In this document: positions 30,114 to 40,107 of the stretch, piece after piece
Layout: every line of letters begins with the position of its first letter
Position numbering within the stretch: position 1 is the first letter of the stretch
Origin: an uncultured Gammaproteobacteria bacterium
Lineage (GTDB): Bacteria; Patescibacteriota; Microgenomatia; Levybacterales; GWA1-39-11
Assembly (NCBI GenBank): GCA_964452165.1
Contig: CAYVKP010000001.1
Location: 268,110-332,109 of the forward strand
Direction of reading: 5' to 3'
DNA: 64,000 bases
The notes under the pieces: model-generated
Told to the model about the DNA's origin: nothing
The model's database searches: none
What the model saw: the letters and a program-made list of their open reading frames with translations, nothing else
Position numbers and translations under genes: made by a program

Positions 30114-30487
30114 TGGTTCAACATAGAACTATGCTTGAGGTGGCAGATAACACTGGAGCGAAAATATTGATGGTTATTCAAATATACGGTGGATCGAAGA
30201 GAAGAAAAGGAGCACTTGGATCACTCCTCGGGTGTGTTGTGAAGAAAGCTCTTCCAAACACGCAATTTAAAAAAGGAGATAAAGTGAAGGCTGTTTTAGT
30301 CCGCACGAGGAAAGAGTTTAAAAGGGCTGATGGGACATATATAAGATTTTCTGAAAATGCAGGAGTAATAATTGAAAATGAAAAATCAAAAAACCCAATA
30401 GGGACTAGAATTTTTGGTCCAATTGCTCGAGAGATCAAAGATTTAGGTTATGCAAAAATTGCATCTTTGGCAAATCACGTAGTCTAA
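30113..30487 (+). CDS. rplN: 50S ribosomal protein uL14
   Basis: VADNTGAK, GTRIFGPIARE. Confidence 0.99.
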   Translation: MVQHRTMLEVADNTGAKILMVIQIYGGSKRRKGALGSLLGCVVKKALPNTQFKKGDKVKAVLVRTRKEFKRADGTYIRFSENAGVIIENEKSKNPIGTRIFGPIAREIKDLGYAKIASLANHVV

Positions 30488-30488
30488 T

Positions 30489-30794
30489 ATGAAAATAATA
30501 AAAGGAGATACTGTAAAAATATTGCGAGGAAAAGATAAGGGAAAATCGGGAAAAGTTGAAAAGACTTATCCTGAAGATGCCAAGGTTTTGGTGGCAGGAA
30601 TTAATGAATTTAAACGCCATATTAAAGCAAGAACTCGTGACCAAAAATCGGAGATTGTTACTATCACTAAGCCGGTAGCAATTTCTGCGGTTGCCATAAT
30701 TTGCGGCAAGTGCAAGAAGGCATCAAGAGTAGGTATTAAATTTGAAAAAGGTAAAAAATTGCGATTTTGCAAGAATTGTAAAGCAATCGTTTAA
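30489..30794 (+). CDS. rplX: 50S ribosomal protein uL24
   Basis: KOW motif [16 protein letters not shown]; C-terminal CxxC..CxxC. Confidence 0.96.
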   Translation: MKIIKGDTVKILRGKDKGKSGKVEKTYPEDAKVLVAGINEFKRHIKARTRDQKSEIVTITKPVAISAVAIICGKCKKASRVGIKFEKGKKLRFCKNCKAIV

Positions 30795-30798
30795 AAAT

Positions 30799-30912
30799 AT
30801 GAAAGTTCAAGCGTCAATCAAAAAAAGATGTTTAAAATGCAAAATAATTAAGAGGAGAGGAATCCTATATGTTATTTGTGAAAATCCAAAACACAAACAG
30901 CGACAAGGATAA
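30799..30912 (+). CDS. rpmJ: 50S ribosomal protein bL36 (Zn-ribbon type), relocated
   Basis: Manual translation: [37 protein letters not shown]. Not in the ORF track. Confidence 0.97.
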   Translation: MKVQASIKKRCLKCKIIKRRGILYVICENPKHKQRQG

Positions 30913-30919
30913 TAAAATT

Positions 30920-31468
30920 ATGGGAAATTTTAGAAAACAATTCGAGGGAGAATTTTCAAAAAAAATACAAGAGGAGCTCGGACTTAAAAATATAATGGCC
31001 GTACCAAAGGTTGTCAAAATTATGGTTAATGCAAGCTCGAGAGATTTCCTGTCAGACAAAAAGAATCTTGAAAAAGCCAAGGAAGATCTAATGACAATAA
31101 CGGGACAACTTCCAAAACTTTCCCGAGCAAGAATTTCTGTTGCCACGTTTAAACTAAGAGAAGGCGATGAAATAGGGTTGACGGTAACACTCCGAGGTAA
31201 GAGAATGTATGATTTTCTTGAAAAACTTGTTAAAATAGTCTTCCCTCGAGTTCGTGACTTTGCCGGAGTGAGTCTTGATTCGTTTGATGGCAGGGGGAAT
31301 TTAAGTATTGGATTTACAGAAAATACAGTTTTTCCCGAGATAGATCCGGGAAAAGTGGACAGAATTAGAAGCCTTCAAGTAACAATCGTCACTAATGCCC
31401 GTGACGATAAAAGGGCAAAAGCACTCTTAACGGCAATTGGTATGCCGTTTAAGAAAGTTCAAGCATAA
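30920..31468 (+). CDS. rplE: 50S ribosomal protein uL5
   Basis: [36 protein letters not shown]. Start moved to the ATG after rpmJ. Confidence 0.98.
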   Translation: MGNFRKQFEGEFSKKIQEELGLKNIMAVPKVVKIMVNASSRDFLSDKKNLEKAKEDLMTITGQLPKLSRARISVATFKLREGDEIGLTVTLRGKRMYDFLEKLVKIVFPRVRDFAGVSLDSFDGRGNLSIGFTENTVFPEIDPGKVDRIRSLQVTIVTNARDDKRAKALLTAIGMPFKKVQA

Positions 31469-31472
31469 ATAT

Positions 31473-31658
31473 ATGGCAAAAAGATCAAATATTGTAAAAA
31501 ATTTAGGAAAACCAAAATTTAGCACACGCAAAAAAAATATTTGCATGCTTTGTGGAAGGTCAAGGGGATACATGAGACTTTTTGGTCTCTGTAGAATTTG
31601 TTTTAGAGAAAGAGCCTTGAAAGGAGAGCTACCGGGAGTAAAGAAAGCTTCTTGGTAA
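31473..31658 (+). CDS. rpsZ: 30S ribosomal protein uS14 (Zn-binding type Z)
   Basis: [30 protein letters not shown]. Confidence 0.97.
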   Translation: MAKRSNIVKNLGKPKFSTRKKNICMLCGRSRGYMRLFGLCRICFRERALKGELPGVKKASW

Positions 31659-31664
31659 AAAAAT

Positions 31665-32060
31665 ATGTATACGATCGGAGATTTTTTAATTAGAGTACAA
31701 AACGCTTACATGGCGCGTTTAAAGCAAATGGAGTATCCACATTCTAAGGTAGTGGCTTCATTAGGTAAAATCCTTGAAAAAGAAGGCTACGTTAAAGGAG
31801 TTAAGAGCCAGAAATCAAAAGAGAAAAATGGAAGAGACCAGATAATTATAGAACTTTTATATAAAGGTAAAATCCCGGCGGTTTCCCAAATAAAATTGGT
31901 TTCAAAACCTTCGGTTCACCAATATATAAATAAATCTAAGCTGGGAAGAGCTGCTGCAAGACATGGAATAGGAATTCTATCGACCAGCCGCGGTATCATG
32001 ACAAACAAACAAGCAGCAAAAGAGGGAGTGGGCGGAGAGCTCATTTGCGAGATTTACTAA
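31665..32060 (+). CDS. rpsH: 30S ribosomal protein uS8
   Basis: IGDFLIRVQNA, LEKEGYV, SKPS, STSRGIMT, GGELIC. Confidence 0.98.
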   Translation: MYTIGDFLIRVQNAYMARLKQMEYPHSKVVASLGKILEKEGYVKGVKSQKSKEKNGRDQIIIELLYKGKIPAVSQIKLVSKPSVHQYINKSKLGRAAARHGIGILSTSRGIMTNKQAAKEGVGGELICEIY

Positions 32061-32061
32061 T

Positions 32062-32616
32062 ATGTCAAACATAGCGAAACAACCAATTAAAATTGATAGC
32101 GGAATAACAGTTGATGTTCAACAGCAGGGCAAAGTTATTGTGAATGGCCCAAAAGGATCTCAGGAGATGAAAGTACCGCACGGAATTGAAGTGGCTATTG
32201 AAAATGATGAGGTTAAAATAAAAAAGGTTTCCGATTCGGTGGAGCTTGAAAAATTTGCAGGACTGACACGGGCAATTGTAGCCAACATGATGGAAGGTGT
32301 TTCTAAGGGTTTCCAAAAGAAACTTGAATTGACAGGGGTTGGATATAGAGCAAGAGTTGAAGGAACAGATTTGGTTTTGAACGTAGGATTCGCAATTCCT
32401 GTTAAAGTGAAGCCCCTTGAAGGTATTTCAATAAGCGTTGAGGAGAATATCATCACTGTATCAGGAGCTGATAAGCAACACGTTGGAGATGTTGCAAGCG
32501 ATATTAGACGGGTTCGTCCCCCAGATCCCTATAAAGGAAAAGGTATAAAATATGTTGGAGAAAGACTTAGACGTAAGGTTGGAAAGGCAGCAAAGGCTGT
32601 AGGAGCGGCTAAATAG
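32062..32616 (+). CDS. rplF: 50S ribosomal protein uL6
   Basis: GPKG, GVGYRA, RPPDPYKGKGI. Confidence 0.99.
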   Translation: MSNIAKQPIKIDSGITVDVQQQGKVIVNGPKGSQEMKVPHGIEVAIENDEVKIKKVSDSVELEKFAGLTRAIVANMMEGVSKGFQKKLELTGVGYRARVEGTDLVLNVGFAIPVKVKPLEGISISVEENIITVSGADKQHVGDVASDIRRVRPPDPYKGKGIKYVGERLRRKVGKAAKAVGAAK

Positions 32617-32627
32617 TCGATAAAAAC

Positions 32628-32984
32628 ATGAAAGAAACATTGATAAAATTAGCGAGAAAAAAAAGAAGACTTACTCGTGGCCGAAAGAAAATTTTGGCAA
32701 GCAAAACTCGAGCAAGACTAACTGTATTCAGATCAAATAAATATATTTATGCTCAAATAATTGATGATACTAAGGGTGTAACTTTGGCCTCAGTTAGTGA
32801 GAAAGAAATCGCTCAAGAAAAAGGTAGCAAAGTTAATAAAGCCGAAGAAATCGGGAAGAAAATTGCTCAAAAAGCAATTGCTAAAAAGGTAAAAACTGTC
32901 GTCTTTGATAAAGGGCCGTATCGATATCATGGTAGAATAAAAGCTCTGGCCGAAGGAGCACGCTCAGAGGGTTTGATTTTTTAA
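32628..32984 (+). CDS. rplR: 50S ribosomal protein uL18
   Basis: RLTVFRSNKYIYAQIIDD, YHGRIKALAEGAR. Confidence 0.99.
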   Translation: MKETLIKLARKKRRLTRGRKKILASKTRARLTVFRSNKYIYAQIIDDTKGVTLASVSEKEIAQEKGSKVNKAEEIGKKIAQKAIAKKVKTVVFDKGPYRYHGRIKALAEGARSEGLIF

Positions 32985-32988
32985 AGTT

Positions 32989-33444
32989 ATGGATAATCAA
33001 TTTTTTAATAATTCTGAAAAAATGGAAGAAAAGGTTGTTCAGCTCAACCGCGTTTCAAAGAAAACTAAAGGGGGCAATAAAATGAGATTTGCCGCGCTCG
33101 TTATTGTTGGCAATAAGAATGGCCGAGTGGGAGTAGGTCTTGGTAAATCCGATGACGTTTCATCGGCTATTACAAAAGCAGCAGCCTCTGCAAGAAAAAG
33201 AATGATCGATGTAACAATTGTTCGTGATACTATTCCGCACTCTATTTCAATCAAAAAAGGAGCCGCGCAAATTATGTTGAAGCCGGCACCTGCCGGCACC
33301 GGAATTATTGCAGGGGGTGCAGTTCGCGCCGTAGTGGAGGCTGCAGGAATTAAAAATATCTCCTCGAAAATACTAGGATCAGACAATAAGGCAAGCAATG
33401 TTTATGCTACATTTGCAGCTTTGGAGCTTTTATCTGTAAAATAA
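32989..33444 (+). CDS. rpsE: 30S ribosomal protein uS5
   Basis: RVSKKTKGG, PAPAGTGIIAGG. Confidence 0.99.
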   Translation: MDNQFFNNSEKMEEKVVQLNRVSKKTKGGNKMRFAALVIVGNKNGRVGVGLGKSDDVSSAITKAAASARKRMIDVTIVRDTIPHSISIKKGAAQIMLKPAPAGTGIIAGGAVRAVVEAAGIKNISSKILGSDNKASNVYATFAALELLSVK

Positions 33445-33448
33445 TCAT

Positions 33449-33886
33449 ATGGAATTAAATTCTCTACCCAAAACTACAAAAACAAAATTAAGGCGTCTGG
33501 GGCAAGGTCATGGTTCGGGCCGTGGAAAAACTGCAGGGCGTGGAACAAAGGGGCAAAAGGCTAGAGGAAAAATTAGAGCGTCATTTGAGGGGGGCGCATT
33601 ACCTTTGGTTAAGAGAATGCCATTTTTGCGAGGCCGTGGTAGAAACAAAATAGTGAAAGCCAAAACGGTATCACTTAGCGTTTCATCTCTCAATAAATTA
33701 CCATCTAAGTCCACGGTCGACGTAGAGACTCTCATCAAGGCGGGGTTAGTCGAAGCATCAGCTAAAAAAACTGGTGTGAAAATTATTGGCAACAAGGAAT
33801 TAAAAATTGCACTTACAATAAAGCTTCCTGTGACAGCGGGAGCAAAAAAACAAATTGAACGGGCAGGCGGCACAGTCGCGGCCTAA
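33449..33886 (+). CDS. rplO: 50S ribosomal protein uL15
   Basis: GSGRGKTAGRGTKGQKAR, FEGG. Confidence 0.99.
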   Translation: MELNSLPKTTKTKLRRLGQGHGSGRGKTAGRGTKGQKARGKIRASFEGGALPLVKRMPFLRGRGRNKIVKAKTVSLSVSSLNKLPSKSTVDVETLIKAGLVEASAKKTGVKIIGNKELKIALTIKLPVTAGAKKQIERAGGTVAA

Positions 33887-33889
33887 AAT

Positions 33890-35176
33890 ATGAATGAAGT
33901 TCTAAGTATTTTTAGAAACAGCATTAAGGATGCTGCTACTCGACGCAAGATTCTCACCGTCCTATTTATATTTTTAGTTTTCAGATTTTTTGCTCACATT
34001 CCCGTTGCGGGGGTCAACATAGCGCAACTAAAATCCTTGTTTGCACAGAATCAACTCTTGGGTCTACTTGATATATTCTCAGGAGGAACACTATCTAACT
34101 TTTCAGTTCTTGCTATTGGTCTTGGTCCATACATCTACGCTTCTATAGTTTTACAACTTTTAACAATTGTTTATCCAAAACTTGAAGAACTACAAAAAGA
34201 GGGAGAGTACGGGCGACAGAAAATAAACCAATATACCAGATACATAACAATTCCTCTTGCGATAGTTCAGTCGTTGGGAATGTACGCATTACTTCGCAAT
34301 CAACAAATCATAGGGACCCTAGATCCATTTCAGCTGTTGTCTTTTGTAGTGACAATGACGGCCGGGACAATGCTTTTGATGTGGCTTGGGGAGCTTATTA
34401 CAGAGCAAGGTATAGGTAACGGAATATCTCTTTTGATTTTTGCCGGAATTGTTGGGAGAATTCCTGTTTCTATTTTCCAAACCATAACAACTGTTAACTC
34501 TCAGGACTTAATTAATCTGGGTATTTTTGCCGCACTTGGAATAGCAGTTATTGCTGCAATCGTTTATGTCAATGAAGCGGTAAGGAAAGTCCCAATATAT
34601 TATGCAAAGAGGGTTCGCGGTGGAAAAAGTTATGGTGGACAATCAACTCACCTTCCCTTGCGAATTAATCAATCCGGAGTAATACCAATAATTTTTGCGG
34701 TATCAATTGTTCTTCTCCCTTCGCTCCTTTCAAATTACTTCTTAAGCAACAGCAACAAAACCTTAGCGGCCATTGGTGCGTTTCTTTCTACTAACTTCAA
34801 TCCGAATAGTATTACCTATAACGTTGTTTACTTTGTCCTGGTCATGGGTTTTACATATTTTTATACTGCTGTTATATTCAATCCACAAAAAATAGCTGAA
34901 GAAATTCAAAAGTACGGCGGATTTATTCCAGGAGTTAGGCCCGGAAAGCCAACGAGCACTTTTCTGAATTACATAACAACAAGAATCACCTTACCGGGAG
35001 CTGTATTTTTAGGAGCTATTGCCGTTTTGCCAAATATTGTTAGGGCAGCAACTGGAATTAACGCTTTGCTTATAGGAGGAACAAGTATTCTCATAGTTGT
35101 TTCGGTCGTAATCGAAACCGTTAAAATTCTTGAAGCTCAAATGGTCACCAAAAGCTACGAAAGGTTTGTAAATTAA
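33890..35176 (+). CDS. secY: Preprotein translocase subunit SecY
   Basis: 10 TM helices, [30 protein letters not shown]. Confidence 0.99.
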   Translation: MNEVLSIFRNSIKDAATRRKILTVLFIFLVFRFFAHIPVAGVNIAQLKSLFAQNQLLGLLDIFSGGTLSNFSVLAIGLGPYIYASIVLQLLTIVYPKLEELQKEGEYGRQKINQYTRYITIPLAIVQSLGMYALLRNQQIIGTLDPFQLLSFVVTMTAGTMLLMWLGELITEQGIGNGISLLIFAGIVGRIPVSIFQTITTVNSQDLINLGIFAALGIAVIAAIVYVNEAVRKVPIYYAKRVRGGKSYGGQSTHLPLRINQSGVIPIIFAVSIVLLPSLLSNYFLSNSNKTLAAIGAFLSTNFNPNSITYNVVYFVLVMGFTYFYTAVIFNPQKIAEEIQKYGGFIPGVRPGKPTSTFLNYITTRITLPGAVFLGAIAVLPNIVRAATGINALLIGGTSILIVVSVVIETVKILEAQMVTKSYERFVN

Positions 35177-35712
35177 TGAAAATAGTTCTTATCGGAATTC
35201 AGGGTTCTGGAAAGTCTACGCAAGGAAATCTACTCGCTGAAAAGCTTGGTGTTCCATATCTTTCAACCGGACATATTTTTCGCGAAATCGCAAAAGAACA
35301 TAGTCCTTTAGGCCGCTATATTAAAGAAACCATGAACGCCGGATATCTTATTCCGGATGACAAGACCCTTGAGATAGTTAATGAGTACCTCGGCCGCCCG
35401 GAATATGAGAAGGGATATATCTTGGATGGTTTTCCAAGAACTAGAACCCAAGCAGAACAGTTCAGAAATGGTATTGACCGCGTCATATATATAAATGTCC
35501 CTGATAACGAGGCACTTAAAAGGATATCAATTAGAGACGATGCTAGAGAGGATGAGACAGAAAAAGCTTTAAAAAAGAGAATAGAATTATTTCATAAATT
35601 TACAGAACCGGTTATAGATTACTACGAAGGGAAAGGAAAATTATTTGAGGTCAACGGAGAAAAAAGCATTGAAGATATCCATCGCGAGATTACGCAAAAT
35701 TTAAAAGTTTAA
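35176..35712 (+). CDS. adk: Adenylate kinase (short LID)
   Basis: GIQGSGKSTQ, STGHIFR, ILDGFPR. Confidence 0.96.
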   Translation: MKIVLIGIQGSGKSTQGNLLAEKLGVPYLSTGHIFREIAKEHSPLGRYIKETMNAGYLIPDDKTLEIVNEYLGRPEYEKGYILDGFPRTRTQAEQFRNGIDRVIYINVPDNEALKRISIRDDAREDETEKALKKRIELFHKFTEPVIDYYEGKGKLFEVNGEKSIEDIHREITQNLKV

Positions 35713-36479
35713 TGGTGGATAAAAATAAAATTGAAAAAATGAGCGCCGCCGGATCGATCCTTGGCGACGTGCTTGAGAAACTACTTGCTGCAGTAAGGCC
35801 AGGAATAACAGAAATAGAAATAGATGAATTGGCTGAAAAATTAATCCTTCAACGCGGCGGTAAGCCAGGATTTAAAAAAGTCCCCGGGTACGACAACACT
35901 ATCTGCATATCAGTAAACAATATTGTTGTCCATGGAATTCCAACAAGAAGAATTTTAAAAGAAGGAGACGTTGTTGGGATTGACTGTGGGGTATTTCTTG
36001 ATGGTTACCATACGGACATGGCAGAGACCGTAATAGTTGGGGGTGGTAAATCCTCAGAAGAGATAAAAAAATTCCTTTCATCTGGAAAAAAGGCCCTTTT
36101 TGAAGCTATAAAGCAAGCGAAACCCGGTAATCGCGTAGGTCATATTTCGGAAAAGATGCAGAATGGGGTTGAAGGTGCCGGATACTCAATCGTGAGAAGT
36201 CTCGTGGGTCATGGGGTTGGAAAAAGTCTTCATGAACAACCTGAGATTCCAGGATACTTATCGACCAAAATTGAAAAGACTCCGCGGCTTGTTGAGGGAA
36301 TGACTATAGCAATTGAAGTCATATATAACATGGGAAAAGCTGAAGTTGTTTATGGCGATGAAGATGATTGGACTATATACACAGAAGATGGAAGTATGTC
36401 AGGCTTATTTGAAAGAACAGTTCTAATAACTAAAAACGGCCCACAGCTGTTAACAAAACTAAGCACGGATAAGCTCTGA
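35712..36479 (+). CDS. map: Methionine aminopeptidase type I
   Basis: VVHGIP, IDCG..GYHTDMA, GHGVG..LHE, AIE, FERT. Confidence 0.96.
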   Translation: MVDKNKIEKMSAAGSILGDVLEKLLAAVRPGITEIEIDELAEKLILQRGGKPGFKKVPGYDNTICISVNNIVVHGIPTRRILKEGDVVGIDCGVFLDGYHTDMAETVIVGGGKSSEEIKKFLSSGKKALFEAIKQAKPGNRVGHISEKMQNGVEGAGYSIVRSLVGHGVGKSLHEQPEIPGYLSTKIEKTPRLVEGMTIAIEVIYNMGKAEVVYGDEDDWTIYTEDGSMSGLFERTVLITKNGPQLLTKLSTDKL

Positions 36480-36533
36480 TCCGTGCTTGATAATAGGAGC
36501 GTAATTTGCTAAAATATGTTTCTTGGAGCGAAT

Positions 36534-36752
36534 ATGGCTCATTCTGGGGCAATTGAACTTGAAGGTATCGTTAAGGAGGTTTTACCAAATACTTTATTTA
36601 GAGTAGAGATAGAAGGAGGAAGGTTGGTTTTGTGTCATCTGTCAGGAAAAATGAGAATACATTTCATAAAGATTCTGCCAGGAGATAAAGTCAAAATTGA
36701 AATGACTCCCTACGATAGGGATCGCGGTAGAATAACCTACAGAGTAAGATAG
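36534..36752 (+). CDS. infA: Translation initiation factor IF-1
   Basis: [29 protein letters not shown]. Confidence 0.98.
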   Translation: MAHSGAIELEGIVKEVLPNTLFRVEIEGGRLVLCHLSGKMRIHFIKILPGDKVKIEMTPYDRDRGRITYRVR

Positions 36753-36785
36753 CCCCAAGTCGACAAAAATTCGATTCAATTTAAT

Positions 36786-37181
36786 ATGCGTGTTGTTGGA
36801 GTAAATATACCAGACGAAAAAAGAGTTGATATAGCCTTGACCTACGTTTATGGAATAGGTCGTTCAAATGTTGTAGAAATTTTGAAAAAAGCAGAAATAA
36901 GTCCCGAGAAAAGACTTAAAACACTTTCAGAGGAAGAACTAGGGAGAATTCAAAAAGTTGTTGAAACCTACAAGATAGAGGGAGACTTAAGAGCAGAAAT
37001 TGCAGGCAATATTAAAAGACTCAAGGAGGTCTTATCATACAGAGGCTCAAGACACGCAAAAAATTTGCCGGCTCGTGGACAAAGAACACGTTCAAACGCA
37101 AGAACAAAGCGAGGTAAAAGAGTAACAATTGGTGCAATCAAGAAAGAAGTTGCGGTCAAAATGGGATTAGTTGAAAAGTAA
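36786..37181 (+). CDS. rpsM: 30S ribosomal protein uS13
   Basis: ALTYVYGIG, YRGSRH..LPARGQRTRSNART. Confidence 0.99.
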   Translation: MRVVGVNIPDEKRVDIALTYVYGIGRSNVVEILKKAEISPEKRLKTLSEEELGRIQKVVETYKIEGDLRAEIAGNIKRLKEVLSYRGSRHAKNLPARGQRTRSNARTKRGKRVTIGAIKKEVAVKMGLVEK

Positions 37182-37182
37182 T

Positions 37183-37578
37183 ATGGCAAGAAAAACACAA
37201 ACAAAAGCATCGGCAAAAAGGAAGACCATCTCAATGGAGACGGGGCGAATTTACGTATCTACCACTTTTAACAATACTATAGTTACTATAACCAATGAAA
37301 AAGGCGACGCTGTTGCATGGGCTTCTTCAGGTAATATGGGTTTTAAAGGAACTCGAAAAAGCACTCCTTTTGCAGCGACCTCCGCGGTAGAAGAGGTTAT
37401 TAAAAAAGTAAGAGACACAGGAATTTCAGCAGTTGAAGTCTTTATTAAAGGACCGGGTGTTGGCCGCGACGCAGCGCTCCGCGCCATTAGAAACTCTGGT
37501 CTCGCCATTTCCATGATTGCAGATATTACCCCTATACCGCACAACGGACCCAGAATGAAGAAAAAGAGGAGAGTCTAA
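37183..37578 (+). CDS. rpsK: 30S ribosomal protein uS11
   Basis: FNNTIVT, RKSTPFAA, DITPIPHNG. Confidence 0.99.
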   Translation: MARKTQTKASAKRKTISMETGRIYVSTTFNNTIVTITNEKGDAVAWASSGNMGFKGTRKSTPFAATSAVEEVIKKVRDTGISAVEVFIKGPGVGRDAALRAIRNSGLAISMIADITPIPHNGPRMKKKRRV

Positions 37579-37581
37579 AAT

Positions 37582-38181
37582 ATGGCAAGATATACAGGAC
37601 CAAAACATAAGCTAGCAAGAAGAGAAGGAATAAACATCCTCTCTAAAACTTCGCCCTCGCTCGACAGAAGGATAAATGTTGTGCCCGGATCACACGGAAA
37701 AAAGAGAATGAGAAAACTCTCGGAATTCGGACAGCAATTGAGAGAAAAGCAAAAACTAAAGCGAATCTATGGTCTTATGGAAAAACAGTTTAAAAAGTAC
37801 GTTGTTGAGGCTCAAAGGAGAAAGGTCAATACAGAAGACGCTCTCGTTGAAATTCTTGAAACGAGACTGGATAACGTTGTCTATAGGCTAGGATTTGGTA
37901 AATCAAGGCCACAAGCGAGGCAAATGGTATCCCACAGACACATTTTAGTTAATGGGAAAAAAGTCAATATTCCTTCTTATTTCGTGCGCGAGGGTGACAC
38001 AATTGCCCTTGGTTCTAAGTTCAAAATTGAGGAAGCCAAGGCTGAAGGTGAAGAGAAAGCCGAAATGCCTAAATTTTTACAGAGAGAAAATCTGGTCGGT
38101 AAGCTCGTTAGAATGCCTACACGCGAAGATATTGTAAATCCGGTGAACTACCAATTGGTCATTGAATTTTACTCTAGATAG
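37582..38181 (+). CDS. rpsD: 30S ribosomal protein uS4
   Basis: MARYTGP, QLREKQK, LETRLDNVVYR, EFYSR. Confidence 0.99.
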   Translation: MARYTGPKHKLARREGINILSKTSPSLDRRINVVPGSHGKKRMRKLSEFGQQLREKQKLKRIYGLMEKQFKKYVVEAQRRKVNTEDALVEILETRLDNVVYRLGFGKSRPQARQMVSHRHILVNGKKVNIPSYFVREGDTIALGSKFKIEEAKAEGEEKAEMPKFLQRENLVGKLVRMPTREDIVNPVNYQLVIEFYSR

Positions 38182-38205
38182 TGGTAAAATAATTTTTTGC
38201 TTTCC

Positions 38206-39129
38206 ATGGTCAACCCAAGTTTTAAAATTGTTGAAGAAAATAAAGAAAAAGGCTACGCAAAATTTGTGATAGAGCCTCTCGAGCCCGGTTTTGGGCAAAC
38301 TTTAGGCGTGGCTCTTCGCCGCGTTCTTTTAACTAATATTGACGGCGCAGCTGTCACCTCTGTTAAGATTGATGGTGTTCGTCACCTCTTCTCCACTCTT
38401 CCAGGACTAAAAGAAGACATCATTGAACTTGTTTTGAATATAAAAACCCTCAGAGTAAAGCTTGCCCAAGATATGGATCAGGCAACAATCACACTTTCAA
38501 CGACAGGTCCAGGCGAGGTTACTGCAGAGAAAATTGAAGTCTCAGACGGTGTTGAAATTGTAGACCCTAAGCACTACTTAGGATCACTCTCTGATAAGAA
38601 ATCTAAACTTTCAATGGAAATGACAGTCGAGCGTGGAACCGGATATTCATTGGCTGAAGACAGAAAGATATCAACGGTAGGAGTAATTCCGATTGATGCA
38701 ATTTTCTCACCTATCCTGCGAGTTAACTATAAAGTCGAGCAAACCCGTGTAGGACGTCAAACAAATTTTGACAAGTTGGTTCTTGAAATATGGACAGATG
38801 GAACCGTAGATCCAAAAGAATCAATGAATAGTGCAGCAAATCTTCTAGTATCTTACTTCCGTCAAATTTATGAACCAGCAGCTTCAGTGGAAGTAGAAGG
38901 AGTTGTTGCTTCCTCCAATGTTTCAGATGAGGTTCTTAAGATGACCATAGACGAGTTAGACTTGCCAACAAGAATATACAATTCTCTTAGGAACGCTGGA
39001 ATCGAAACGGTTGGAGAGATGCTTTCTACACCAAAGAAAGAGCTTATGGGGTACAGGAATCTTGGAGCAAAATCTCTTTCCATAATTGAAGAAAGCTTGC
39101 AAGCAAGAGGTATCACTCTTACTTTTTAA
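38206..39129 (+). CDS. rpoA: DNA-directed RNA polymerase subunit alpha
   Basis: EPLEPGFGQTLGVALRRVLL, DAIFSPI, alpha-CTD IDELDL..RIYNSL, NLGAKS. Confidence 0.99.
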   Translation: MVNPSFKIVEENKEKGYAKFVIEPLEPGFGQTLGVALRRVLLTNIDGAAVTSVKIDGVRHLFSTLPGLKEDIIELVLNIKTLRVKLAQDMDQATITLSTTGPGEVTAEKIEVSDGVEIVDPKHYLGSLSDKKSKLSMEMTVERGTGYSLAEDRKISTVGVIPIDAIFSPILRVNYKVEQTRVGRQTNFDKLVLEIWTDGTVDPKESMNSAANLLVSYFRQIYEPAASVEVEGVVASSNVSDEVLKMTIDELDLPTRIYNSLRNAGIETVGEMLSTPKKELMGYRNLGAKSLSIIEESLQARGITLTF

Positions 39130-39155
39130 ATTTTAATTTAGCATTGATACAAAAT

Positions 39156-39179
39156 AGCGTCCAAGACTGACGCTTTTTT
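39156..39179 (+). terminator. Intrinsic terminator-like hairpin between rpoA and rplQ
   Basis: AGCGTC-CAAGACT-GACGCT followed by a T-tract. Confidence 0.65.
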
Positions 39180-39193
39180 ATTATAAAGGCAGT

Positions 39194-39682
39194 ATGAGAA
39201 AAAGAATATTTGGAAAACGTCTTAAAAGAGACACAAATGAGAGAAAAGCATTATTCCGCAGTCTTATGCATGGATTAGTTTTGCATGGAAAAATTACAAC
39301 AAGCAAAGCAAAATCTCAGGCAATTCGTGCAGACATTGAAAAACTTGTAACAATTGCAAAAAATAAGGGGGAAGAAGCAAGAAATATTCTTATTCAGAGA
39401 CTTGCTAATGAAAAAGTTTCAGAAAAAATAATAAAAGAAATTGCGCCACTCTTTGCCTCAAGACCCGGAGGGTACACAAGAACCTTAAAGCTTGGACAAA
39501 GAGTAAAAGATGGATCCCAAATGGTTTTGATGACATGGGTGAAGAGCGTTTCGGTAAGTTCTCAAGTTGAACCAAAGAGAAAAACTCAACCTCAGCAAAC
39601 AAAGCCACAAAGTCCAAAGACTCAACCAAAAATAGCTTCGAAAGAAAAGAAAGCAGCAGCAAAAAAACCAACCAAGAAATAA
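39194..39682 (+). CDS. rplQ: 50S ribosomal protein bL17 with basic C-terminal extension
   Basis: RKALFRSL, ITTSKAK, RPGGYTR. Confidence 0.97.
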   Translation: MRKRIFGKRLKRDTNERKALFRSLMHGLVLHGKITTSKAKSQAIRADIEKLVTIAKNKGEEARNILIQRLANEKVSEKIIKEIAPLFASRPGGYTRTLKLGQRVKDGSQMVLMTWVKSVSVSSQVEPKRKTQPQQTKPQSPKTQPKIASKEKKAAAKKPTKK

Positions 39683-39683
39683 T

Positions 39684-40106
39684 ATGATAGGATTGACTTC
39701 TCCCACCAAAACAAGCGATATCAAAAGAGAATGGCATCTTAAAGATGTAAAAGGTAAAGTATTGGGCCGTGCCGCAACAGAAATTGCGCAGCTTCTTATG
39801 GGAAAGAGCAAGGATTATTTTGCAAAAAATCTTGATTGTGGTGACTATGTTGTCGTAACAAATGCTCAAGAAGTAAAAGTAACAGGTAAAAAAGAAAAAG
39901 GAAAAGTATATACAAGATACTCAGGATACCCAGGTGGTCTTAGAAAAATAACTTTGAGCGAGTATAGAAAAGAAAGACCTCAGGAAATCATAAGACATGC
40001 CGTCGCGGGAATGCTTCCAAAGAATAAGCTTCGTGACTTAATGCTTAAGAGGCTTTATGTTTTTGCGGGAAACGAGCACAAGTTCGCAGACAAAATAAAG
40101 GAATAA
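39684..40106 (+). CDS. rplM: 50S ribosomal protein uL13
   Basis: LGRAAT, DCGDYVVV, SGYPGG, GMLPKN. Confidence 0.99.
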   Translation: MIGLTSPTKTSDIKREWHLKDVKGKVLGRAATEIAQLLMGKSKDYFAKNLDCGDYVVVTNAQEVKVTGKKEKGKVYTRYSGYPGGLRKITLSEYRKERPQEIIRHAVAGMLPKNKLRDLMLKRLYVFAGNEHKFADKIKE

Positions 40107-40107
40107 T

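Noticed and set aside
30869-30919. ORF-track N-terminal extension of rplE (similar extensions for rpoC 4484, rplB 26990, rplV 27971, rpsZ 31437)
   Set aside because: These extensions overlap upstream genes (for rplE, the real rpmJ). Downstream ATGs match the family starts.
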